NCBI GenBank assembly: GCA_002633005.1
Contig: NMRA01000476.1
Span: 226,911 to 290,910 of the forward strand
DNA from: Phoronis australis
Lineage: Eukaryota; Animalia; Phoronida
Length of the DNA: 64,000 nucleotides
Direction of reading: 5' to 3'
Made by a program: the position numbers and the translations under genes. This document shows, piece after piece, positions 53,161-64,000 of this stretch. The notes below the pieces were generated by a model. The model had not been told where the DNA came from, made no database searches, and was given only the letters and a program-made list of their open reading frames with translations. The first letter of the stretch is position 1. Every line of letters starts with the position of its first letter.

Positions 53161-53807
53161 TAATGTTACGACGAGCGAGCCCTAGTCTTGACAAACAAAC
53201 TCCGAAGGAGTCTAACGCTTATAATGATACCAAAGCGATACGCCAATTTCCATCAAACCATGGAACACTCGGTGTTGATCATTCACTGCTCCACTATAGT
53301 CAGTTTTCTATTTTATCACTAAGTGTGCGATTCATGTTTTTAGATTGATACAGATGGATCAAAACGCACAAGCAAGTTAGATATCACAATTAATGTTTCC
53401 TTTCAGTTTCGTTACATTGTCTTTTGCAAATTTCAGGCCGTAAAAGAGACACCTACTGGCAAGTAGGTACCTATGAGTCTGAGCTTAGCTCCCTAAGTGG
53501 GAAGGTATTGTTTTTTTTAAACACATATTGCTTTATGAACGTATAAAAAGAAAGCATACTTAGCGACTATAAATAGGAAAATATTACATGTTTATTCAGA
53601 GAAATTAACTCTTTGACGACTGCTTTCATTCAAAAGTCAGATGATCGAAATATCGTTTCGAATTCCTTTTCAAGAGTTTAAAAGTAACAAATCGACAAAT
53701 CACACAGGTCAAAGAAAGGAACCATGACTACAGGCCAACCCGCATTATTTACGTGACTATAACCTCAATAACCTTAGTGTAAGAAATTAAAAGTACAGTA
53801 TTCATTT

Positions 53808-53893
53808 CTATGTATGTATGTATGTATGTACGTATGTATGTATGTATGTATGTACGTACGTACGTACGTACGTATGTATGTATGTATGTATAT
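53808..53893. repeat. (TATG)n/(TACG)n microsatellite
   Basis: Visible tetranucleotide run. Confidence 0.97.
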
Positions 53894-55161
53894 GTTCATA
53901 AGAAGCCAACACGGTTATAGTTGAATTCTGTTTTTTGAGCAACCGTGGAGGGCTGTCTGTCGTTACTTAACGTCGACTTCTTCTGTATTTCAAAGGACGG
54001 AAACGCACACACGTCTACAAGCATGCATATCACTGAATCCACCAATCCACAATCGAAGTGGACAGTGGATAAAAAACATACTGTATTTGACGAACACTTT
54101 CAATTCCAAATCTGAAAACGACTGCTCCTTTATCCTATTGTTCTAGCAAGCAATATCAGATAACAAACTTTAACAAATCCCTGTAATTAACATGCAGCTG
54201 AAACAAGATTTATATATTCGTGCAATCATTAGCAAATCTTTGTTTCTCCGGTTTCCCGTTTTTTTTTGTTTTTGTATTAATTTTCCGCTTGTTTTTAGTA
54301 AAAGGACCACATTCACTACGTTCTCAGAAATTTGAGCCCCCTATATTTTAGGCTGGGTGTTAGCATGCAAAGCCCGCCACGCCGGCATTACAGGCGTTCT
54401 GTCGTTCAGTAACTTTTCCAGATGAGGCCGGGTGATGAACGTGCGATAACATCTGGCTTTTGTTAACTGCCCAGCTCAGTCTATTGTCCCGTATGATAAC
54501 AAGGAGGCCAATTATCTCCCAGGCTTCAGTGGAAACGCTAACCGAACGCGTATTGAACACAGTCAAACCCAGTGCGCTGGTATCCGTTTGGACAGAATAG
54601 ATTGTCTTAACTTCTGTTGTAGTTGAGCGATTTTGGTGATTCAAAAACGGAACATGATCCGAATTTGACGAGGAATTTAGAAATGGTGTTGGTTTAAGCT
54701 CAAACATGTTATAACTTAGCTTTCATTTTTATCAGCCCAGCTCAGTCAGTCCAATATATTGGTTCCTAAGTCAGTCAGGCCCTCCAACCATAAATGCCAG
54801 AATGGAGTTAATCAGTTGTGTGAGATACTGACTACGGGGGTAAACTTCCCAACTTGTTGTTGGGCTATAGAATCGAACAAGTTGGGAGCAACGGGATGTC
54901 GCCGTCGTGGACTGAAATGTTGGGCCCGCGGCCTTTATCCTAGATCCGCCACAGGGAGTTTAAAGAATGAACCAAAAAAGACCATCTAAAATTAACTTGG
55001 GGACACTAGAAAGAACTTGAATAAATTATAATTGTTTCAAATTAGCAATTTCACGCATACCACGCAAAAAAATCCACACGTAGAGATTGTACCATAAAGC
55101 ATCTGAGCAATGAAGACCACATATTCATCCGCTAGGATCGCTACTAGACCTAGAGACCGTT

Positions 55162-55262
55162 CTCGCTGGTTCACTGCGTGCCGTGTTCAATGAGCTATAT
55201 ACAATTTATCTCATTGGCCGTGTTAGCTAGCTACCAACTAGCGGCACGCAGGGAACCAGCGA
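55162..55262. repeat. Small inverted-repeat element
   Basis: cgctggttcactgcgtgccg ... cggcacgcagggaaccagcg (19/20 inverted match). Confidence 0.75.
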
Positions 55263-55448
55263 CGAGACCGTTCATAGAAAATACAGACTGGAATTAGAAA
55301 TATACGTAGTATCTTATATTCATAAGTGATTGTACAACTAATAAAACTATAGTAAAAATATTTTGAAGTATGAGACAGTCCAATTTTTTGTTGGATATCG
55401 AAGAACTTTAGAAATTTTATTCGCGTTTTCTATTTTCACTGCTTTGAC

Positions 55449-55474
55449 GACCCCTAGCAACACAAACGGAAGTG
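55449..55474 (+). promoter_or_regulatory. Candidate RFX X-box (GACCCCTAGCAAC) plus ETS site (CGGAAGT) in the NME5 proximal promoter
   Basis: A strong TAGCAAC half-site lies about 75-85 bp upstream of the ATG. RFX control of ciliary genes is established. Confidence 0.55.
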
Positions 55475-55534
55475 AGACAAGTGCAGAATACGTCGTTTTG
55501 TGATCATTGGGAGTTTCAACGACAATCTTGAAAA

Positions 55535-58146
55535 ATGACGGGTGAAACCGAAGAAACTATTTCAATGGAAGCTCCGTGTATATATGTTGAAAGAACTTTG
55601 GCTATTTTGAAGCCGGATACTGTGCACAAAAGTGAAGAAATCGAGGACATAATTTTGAGATCTGGTTTCACAATTCTGCAGGTAATTTTTGTCCTTCGAC
55701 TACGTTGTCTATGTTGTCTTGGGGTTGCACATTGTGATATAGTACATACAGTATGGTCGTCGGAGCTACGGTTGGTGCCAGTTAATTCTTTAATTGTTCA
55801 ATTTGATTTTCCAATGTTTATGAAAATGTTACAGGTTCGTCAGGTACTGTCTCTAACTTGGCAGTAGTCAATATAAACAGTGATCACCGTCTCTGGCTGG
55901 CCCACTAGAAACGGTGGAGCACTTGAACACTTGTAGGATCTTCATACGCCGGAAGCTTTTTCGGCGAATTATGCCTCATACTGACTAAAACGTCAAGTCA
56001 CATTGTTATAAATACCTTTTAGGCATAGAAGGACACCAGGAGGCTGTTGATGTATTTAATTCCTTCCAACTCGAAGAAATAATCATGTTGTCAAACTTTT
56101 TCTTTGAGCAGTCCCTCATTCAGTTCCCAAAATCAGAACTCGGCATTTTTAAGATTGCGCACGGCAGGTTGTATGACGTCATATCCCTGGTGTGTGCAGT
56201 GTCAGATAAATGACAAGGTTCCACTGTAACCTCTGTTTAATATAAGAACTCGACAAGTACAACATATGAAGCTCTTATAATTACAGAAGCGCCGTGTCCA
56301 TCTCACACCTGAACAAGCCAGTGACTTCTATGTAGAACATTATGGCAAGTTGTTCTTTCCCAGCCTTGTTGCCTACATGAGTAGCGGCCCCATCCTGAGC
56401 CTAGTTCTCGCTAGGGAAAAGGCCATCTCTTACTGGAGGGAGTTGATTGGACCGACAAATACATTGAAGGCCAAACAAACACATCCTGACAGGTGAGGCA
56501 ATGTTGTGTCCATGTAATTACTGTTAAATTCAATTACTTGAGGGCTCCATGAATAGTGAAAACTGATGGGTTTACCCTCATTGTACTACCAAAATAAATT
56601 GTATAAATAAATAGATGAAGTGTAAGTTACTTGATGAAAATCATGAAATAGTCAATGACTGCTAAAAAATCTTGAGATGTTCATTTTTAACAGGTCATGG
56701 CTGCTATCTTTAAACCTTTGTTGATTTAATGGACAACTTTCAACAACATATTCGGTTTAATTTGCACTATGAGTCACAAATGTCAGTTCAAATTATCTTA
56801 GCAGTTGTAGCTCAGTAAATCAGTGAATGTATTAAATGTTCTTTTGCTTACAAATGATGATGTTTTTTAATTGTTTGAAATTTTTTTTTTGTGTGTGATA
56901 TTAACATTGTCTTAATGTGAACCGAGATTTGTGTGCGTTGACTTTTCTTGATTATAATTTGGCATGCATTATTCATTGCCCTGCATGTCTTAGAAATTAC
57001 TTGTGCATAAAAAAGTCTATCTGGAGTGTAAGCAATTAAGCAATATCAAGTTTGCCATAAAGTTGAACTGTGTAGTATGAAATAAAATTGTTTAAGCGCT
57101 TTTCCGTAAGCGTTGTCTCAAGCTGTACACATGAAATGAAAATTGAATTAAAATTGCAAATTACTGTACAAGTATTATGATGTTGCAAAAAGAGGAAGAC
57201 GGCAAAACCTCATGCTACAACCAAAACACTTTCAAGCGTGTCCTGAAGAAAGTTTGTGGAACATAATGAATTGTATTAGCTCTTGGTGTGTTCTGTTGAG
57301 TGTTTCGAGTTCTGATTTTTTTTTCTGTGTGTTGGGCCCTCAAGTTTGGGATCTTACATCCGGTTATTGTTAGATTAAAAGGGCCAAAAACTAAATATAA
57401 GCTTTCACACCAAATGCTAGTAAGAGTGGTGTGTGACACAAAAGGAGTCCAGTTCAAATATTCTGTGGTAAATGAGAACACAGCACTCTGTTAACTTACC
57501 GGTTAAAAAACTTTGTATCTTTTCCTCTGTTGCATTTCCGTCTTTTTTCAGTTTGCGGGCTGTTTATGGGACAGATGATCAAAGAAATGCTCTGCACGGC
57601 AGTGACAGTTTTTCATCTGCGGAAAGAGAGATTAGATTCTTTTTCCCTGACAGTAAGTTCTAGTTTTTGAACAACAGTATAAGTGAATGTGCAGCTTAAG
57701 TTTTCATTGCTAATTGAATAACAGTTTTCAACTATGTTGACTATATGGGTGCCAAAATGTAGAACACCACTGCACATAAATAAATTTCGACTTCAAAGGC
57801 AGCAAAATCAATAATTCAAATTGTATTATATTGGCGAGTTTCAAAATAATTTGCCAAACTGTAGATTTCTGTCTTTTTCTGGGTAACCAAACTGGGCAAC
57901 GAAATTGCCGACTTGTTGCATAAGCTTGCTGTACTGAAGGTCTATAACTCTGCACATACAAAAAGACTATAACTGATGAATAAGGTGAACAAAACCAGTG
58001 CAGGTGGCCTGATGTCATTTGCTTATCAAAAAAACTTGAATAAGGATGTTGTGGAGTTAACTTTTATCAACGTTGCCTCTTGAAAACCATTGTTGTGCTA
58101 GCTTGAATAGATTGTTGGTCATTAGATTATAATATCAAATATGATA

Positions 58147-58186
<40 letters not shown>

Positions 58187-59892
58187 GGAAAACTTTCTTT
58201 CTTTACTATAAACATGTCTCATGATTTGTTGGTGCATGACAATGTAGTTCATGTGGTGCACTCAAGTGGATCTGCCACATTACAAGCAAGGTAATGCAAG
58301 CTTAATTTCTAACCTTGGGTATGACAGGCCCAAAAGGCTTGAATAATGTTGGCTAGTGTGTACCCTGGAGCTTGCTTCATTCAGTTAGTAAGGTTCATTA
58401 AGCACTGAGGCATTTAGTGTTACAGAGGTGATGGTTTTCCAACAATTTCCTTAATAATGGTTTGCAAATCCCAGGTGTGGTTGAACCAGTAGCTGTGGGC
58501 CAAGCTGCACGCGACTATCTAGCCAGACACGTCAATCCAACTCTTCTCAAGGGACTCACAGAGCTGTCTAAACAAAAACCTCAAGACCCTGTGGTATGTA
58601 TTCTTCATCTGGCTCCCCCAAATTTTTACTGTTATGTATTTCACCAAGCCATAGCCTAATCACTTTATTCTTCTGTGTTTGCATTGTTGTTAGTGATGCC
58701 TCCTCCCATCTAATGACATAATGTCACATTCATCCTGTGGCCATGACTGTATGCAATAACCTGTCACTGAAGTAAACTCTTGCAGTCAGCGATAAACAAT
58801 TACCTCACAGTACTGGCAGGCATGTTTTCAGTGTCACTGTTCAAAGAGTTAAGCAGATTTGAAAATGTTTACACTGATAAAGCGGACAGTGTTAATTTCC
58901 TAGCAATCTGGAAAAAGAACAGCTGGTGCAGATAACACATTACTTTCTAAATAGTAACACCCTTTGGTTATTGGGCACAGAATAATTTGAGGCTTATATT
59001 ATCTATTCTGTATGTTGTAAGTTGAACATGTGTGCTTATTGGCCCAGTGCTGCCACCTACTTTCACTTGAGCATGTTGGTGAGTCATCAGGCTCCTTTTT
59101 TTGGGTGTGGAGACTAACCCAAATCCCGTGAAGCTATTTCTCAGTAGGACCCAGGTGACTCCACAACGATGCGAGAAAATTGCGAGTTCTTACAGAAGTT
59201 TAGAAGAACTGTAATTTTAACATCACATTCTTCACCATTCTCACCAGTCTGGCATCTGCTTACAGCCATCTAAGACTAATTTTATGAAAATGTCACCTTT
59301 AGAGGCTTGTGATATGCTTTCTCCTTAAATTTTGTAAAAAAAAAGAAACATAAAAGTTCCATTTCGTCAGGTTTACTTAAATAGAAACACAAATCTAAAG
59401 GGGCATTTCACTCTTAAATTGATCTCATTATTTTTTCCTTGCTGTGATACGATGCTATTTCCACTGTCATCAAGAACATCAAAACCATCAGCGACTCAAG
59501 AAAGTGCTTCAGAGTTTATTGGGGTTAGCCAACCCTAACATCATGAATGCGAAAGCATGCACACATCGCCTGGTGTTGGTGCAAGTATAATTCTACCACA
59601 TGAAGTAATATTAAGAGACTGATTTCCCTGAAATAGCTTAACAGGACGAAACGCAGCTTTAAAGCCAACATCCAGGTTTCCCAGTTGTACACTACCCAAT
59701 TTGTTTACATCCAAGCAAGTGAACTGTAAGAGCAGTTAGTGTGATGCTTTGTCACCCAACACATATCTCCCCATTTGCGACATTGTATTGTATCTTGTCT
59801 CTTTCCAGGTGTGGTTAGCAGATTTCCTTCTTGAGAACAACCCCAATAAGCCGAGAGTGAAAGATAACTACACGGTACAGGAACCAAACTAA
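55535..59892 (+). CDS. NME5: Nucleoside diphosphate kinase homolog 5 (radial spoke RSPH23), 5 exons, 218 aa
   Basis: Exons 55535-55681, 56287-56492, 57552-57652, 58475-58593 and 59809-59892, in phase (657 nt). Motifs: IYVERTLAILKPD, FYVEHYGKLFFPSLVAYMSSGP, WRELIGPTN, LRAVYGTDDQRNALHGSDS, and a C-terminal Dpy-30 motif VNPTLLKGLTELSKQKPQDPVVWLADFLLENNPNKP. Confidence 0.97.
55875..56202. mobile_element. Partial copy of the CRE-centred palindromic element in NME5 intron 1
   Basis: Colinear with ~23950-24280; TATGACGTCATA at 56172-56183. Confidence 0.75.
58141..58182. repeat. (AAT)n microsatellite
   Basis: Visible run. Confidence 0.95.
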
Positions 59893-60118
59893 GAGATAAC
59901 ACTCCAAGCCTCAATGCATCACTACCATTAAGTTTTGTTTGTATTTAACTATACTCCTTGTACAGTTTAAACCTATTTTTGAAGAGGAAAAGTCTATAAT
60001 GGAGATGTTGTACCCTCGTTAAGACTTAATGTTGTAAATATTGCAAATACATGTATATTTATGTCTTTAAATCTGAGTTGCTTTTTGGTACACAGTATTA
60101 CATGTGAAACCGTTTCAA

Positions 60119-60162
60119 AATAAATAACCAGTGTACTCCAAAAAATTTTGCTCAACTTTATT
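60119..60162. terminator. Facing polyadenylation signals: AATAAA (+) at 60119-60124 for NME5 and AATAAA (-) at 60162-60157 for prosaposin
   Basis: Both hexamers are seen in the interval between the two convergent stop codons. Their use is inferred. Confidence 0.55.
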
Positions 60163-60823
60163 CTTTAGACCAAATCATGTACAAACATATACACATACTT
60201 TCATTCAATGTTCTTCAGTTTCAGTAAAATTCATTACGTGGCTTCTCATTTTTTCACTTAATGTCCAAAACATTAGCATTGTGGAGTCGGAAGTGCCTAA
60301 CCAAGCAATTGACATCCTAACAATACATTCAATGGTTTCCCCTTTCCTGATTAATACAAACATTACACAATATAAAATGGTTCATACATTATGAAATCAC
60401 ACCTAGTGATACAAAGATGTAAAATTACGTCACATTCTTTTAGTAACTTAAAACAAAATGGCCGACTTCACAAACTACAGGGTGTTCCAAAAACGTACCC
60501 TCAAAATTTTGAACACTAAAATAAATTCTTAATATTTTTTGAAAAGAAAAGAATTGCGAACTGACTTGTATAGTTAACAAGATCACTTTTTAAGAAGACC
60601 ATCCGACAGGTTTAAATTTACAGACTTATGGATTCGTTTTATAGGTCAACCTGTGTTACTAAAATCATGACAACTTTATAATGGTTAAAATTTCTGGTTT
60701 CTGAGGCTTTCATGGAAGTCAACAGAGATTATAAAAAACAACATCAGATCTTAAATCTAAACAGAACAGAAATATGAAATAGCAGAGCAGAATATCAACA
60801 TGAGGTGTAACAGGATGCACAGC

Positions 60824-63573
60824 TCAATTCCACACGTGGTTTCTGCAGTGTTGTTCAGCCTGAAAACAAAATAACACTACTTACAACACTGTTGAAACTT
60901 TAAATCTGATAAAGTATCTCCAACTTAAAAACATCTTCACAATCAGAATAGTTCCAAACTTGCCAACATCTCCCACAATAAAAACAGTTTAAACAGGTAC
61001 TTCTTTGACAACATTTTTTATTTTCACCAAGAGCTTTTTACCTATTTTATCAATATGGGTCAGCAGAAGGATTGTGCATTTCATTGCAAGATTCAACGCA
61101 TTCACAAAAAATTTGTGTACTTGCATTTGTTCTACTGTGCTTACCTGACATTTCTTTGCATTTTCCAAACTAGCACACCAGTAGCGCGGACCATACATGC
61201 ACTTAGAACCCTTTCCAAGCATGGCTTTCTGAGAATGCTGCATGGAGTTGATCCTAATCCACCCTTTAGGCTGCCCACACAGCTCAATCATCTACAGGAA
61301 AAAAACACAAGTCATGAGTAGAGATTAGTTTATTTGATAATGCACATAACTACAATAATAAATACAGTAATAGGTAAAAGTTACTAAGAAATTAAAAAAT
61401 AATGACAAAAAGTTTAAAACGTATATCCATGGTGGTACATACACAAATTAAAAAAATTAAAGAAAACAAAATAATATAGGGAATAATTGATATATTATAA
61501 ATAATTATACAGATTATGTTCATGCCTATCACAAAATCAAGACATTTATTTCCCTATGGTTGCAACAACTTGAGTCTCACCAAACTCGTTCATGGCTATG
61601 TTAGAGACACAAACGCTCAATGAAGATTCTGATTTTCAGCCACAGTAAGCAAAGTTCTAAGCAAAAATTCTATAAGTCACCTTCCTGGTCAATTATTTTC
61701 TACTCGTGGTGTTTTGAGTTAAGATGTAACATTTGGATTTGCAAATTTATTGTGACTATGACAAGAGTGAAAGCCAAAGAACATACTGTTCCTTTTCTAA
61801 TGAACACTCATTTTAATACTATGACATACCGAACACAGCTGATTGGATTTCATATCCAGGAATGCTTTCATGATGACGCTGTAGTAGGTATCGACGTAGT
61901 TACTGCAGGTGCTCTGCATGTTGCTGGGTATGAAGGAGCACACCTTCAGAAGTAAGTCCTCCAGTTCACGCTGAGTGGCCGGCTTGCCTCTCATCATAGA
62001 CTGCATGTTGACCACAAAGATGTTACAGTAGTCGCAGCTATATGTTTTGGCCTTCACTGAAAGAGAAAAGAAACAATATCAATTCAGGATTGACTGAATT
62101 AAGCCAATAAACAAAAACTTTCCTGAGGCTGCAATGTTTTGGCATTAAGTGAAGAAGAAAAAGGAACAAGTTGCAACTTGATTCAGCACAGAAGTCGAGT
62201 TAATGGTGCTATAGGCTGGCTGTGAATGATGCACCTAAACAGGCACCTCCCACTGAACATCTTATAACTCAGAGATTTGATATGACTAAAGATTAAGGGC
62301 TGTTCCAGTAAAATCCGTGTGGGAGGGGGGGGACGGCAGTAGAAATAAAAATTCATGGGTGGTGGTCTTCAGAAAAAAACTCAAATTATGGGTGGTCGTT
62401 CCTGTAATAAGTGATGCATTAAAAATGGGTGGTATTTTTTGACCTGTTAATGTTGATAGGTTGGTTACTTCAGCCCTAAAAACTCAAAAATAAATGCAAT
62501 TGTCCAGATACAAAAAAGCCCATATTGCCAGTGAACAGAGTGCAATATGTTCACTAAGCCATTAATCAAGTCATGGGCAACTCGATTTGAGCCAACTGTT
62601 TGTCTGCAGTCCTATTGAATTGAAAAGTTATGCAACACTGAACTGGTGTTAACACATATAAGAAAATTGATGATTTTTAAATAAAAAGTATGAGGAGTAA
62701 GATAAACAAGTTCCAATATTCACTTGACATAGAAGTATAGAAGAGTTCGTNGCAACTTGATTCAGCACAGAAGTCGAGTTAATGGTGCTATAGGCTGGCT
62801 GTGAATGATGCGCCTAAACAGGCACCTCCCACTGAACATCTTATAACTCAGAGATTTGATATGACTAAAGATTATAAAAAAGGAAGGGGCAATAATTTTG
62901 TAAAAAGTTTGGCAAAAAACAGGAAAGGAAAAAATCATTATTGTTACTGTAGTAGCTGCCGATGCCATGACTTGAGAAGTGAGATTCTATTTTGAGTCAT
63001 GGTTTAAATACCAACTTCTTTCCAACTTGTCATTCGTTGGATATCAGCCTGCACTTTAAAGTAAATTTAGGCACAGAATGTAACTACTACATTACACATT
63101 TCAAATCACATTGAAGGCACTAAAAAGAGATTAGCACACCAGGTAATATTTATTTTAACAAGTTCTTAGTGACGGCATGTCAAAAATGTAGATTATTTTG
63201 TAATTCTAGCACCATTTTTTGCCAATTGAAAACTTTAATTAAATATAAGCAAGTTCTTGATAATCAATTTTAGTACTAGATTCTTACTTTTAAAACATCT
63301 AACTTTTACGTGCAGTGGGTGTTAGGTTTACACTAAAACTGTTATTCCAATACCAGAAGCAACAAAATTGTAAGGACTACGCACAAACTCACCTGCTTTG
63401 ATGGCTACAGCATTACAGAGACCCAGAGTTCGACAGATAAGCTTGGGCTGGAGATCCTGGGATAGTACCTGCAGGATGGCCTTACCATACCGACTAATGA
63501 TCTGAGAGCACTCATCCTTGAGGCTGGACGGCACAAGAGTGCACACTTTTTGAAGACCCGTCATGATCTCCGC
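60824..63573 (-). CDS. PSAP: Prosaposin, last four coding exons (SapB domains and terminal SapA domain); 5' part outside the window
   Basis: Exons 63573-63393, 62056-61830, 61291-61145 and 60859-60824, in phase. SapB cysteine patterns: LQKVCTLVPSSLKDECSQIISRYG..P.LICRTLGLC and CDYC..VCSFIP..TCSNYVDTY..LCSMIELC. The C-terminus CMYGPRYWCASLENAKKCQAEQHCRNHVWN* matches the prosaposin HVWN end. Confidence 0.93.
62296..62750. mobile_element. Left part of a DNA transposon inserted after TTA (Harbinger-like terminus AGGGCTGTTCC), truncated at the contig join
   Basis: The flank 62173-62295 is repeated at 62752-62874 after n at 62751, where the site is empty (gatta|taaaa versus gatta|agggctg). Confidence 0.65.
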
Positions 63574-64000
63574 CTACATTGAGGTCATAAGGTCAAGATT
63601 AGAAATTAATGGTATCCAACAGACACATGTGTAAAAAATATAACATTTCTGTGCCATTGCCCAATCAGATTTCAAATACAATTGAGAAATTCATGCACCC
63701 ATGGTCTACACAAACATGGAAAAATTTACCTTCAAGCAAAATGTTGGGACCGGCATCAGCAGAAAAAGATTTTTCAGAGTGAATATTATTGTTCTTAAGA
63801 ATAGCCAATTTTTGTAAGCAGGCTGGGGAATAAAAGCTGGACAGTCTGGTTATAAGAACTGGAAAACACACTGGAAAAAAATCCATCTTGTATGGCCAAT
63901 AGATGAATGTGAACTCTGTGCCTGTTACAACATTGCAGCTTACAAAAACACTCAAAGTTATCTCTACACAATCACAAACATGAATGCACCAATATGATAC

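Noticed and set aside
59625-59660. Second hammerhead-like motif (ctgaaatagc...cgaaacgc)
   Set aside because: The core deviates from CUGAnGA and I could not find pairing for the stems.
6959-59892. FBF1 and NME5 as a dedicated ciliary gene cluster
   Set aside because: They are over 30 kb apart with an unrelated SDR between them; adjacency alone is not evidence without synteny data.

Overview
Animal genomic scaffold: AT-rich, with GT-AG introns, many repeats, four long N gaps and three single-N joins. It looks like a highly heterozygous marine invertebrate assembly (inference). Four spliced genes were reconstructed by hand with consistent exon phases. They are FBF1 (- strand, 6959-22747, 3' part outside the window to the left), a classical SDR oxidoreductase (+, 33795-44903, 294 aa), NME5 (+, 55535-59892, 218 aa) and the 3' end of prosaposin (-, 60824-63573). 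An FBF1 intron holds a decayed, intron-containing Sola-like transposase. One intron of that transposase holds a Helentron-type HINE and a 42-bp minisatellite whose unit resembles a tRNA 5' half with a Pol III A-box. Two blocks of FBF1 exons and one prosaposin intron segment appear twice, each joined at a single N. These are most likely two haplotypes assembled in tandem, and they expose filled versus empty transposon sites. The rest is HINEs, MITEs and LINE/LTR relics. No CRISPR array, rRNA or intact tRNA was seen. I found no clearly novel protein system; the best leads are structural or regulatory.
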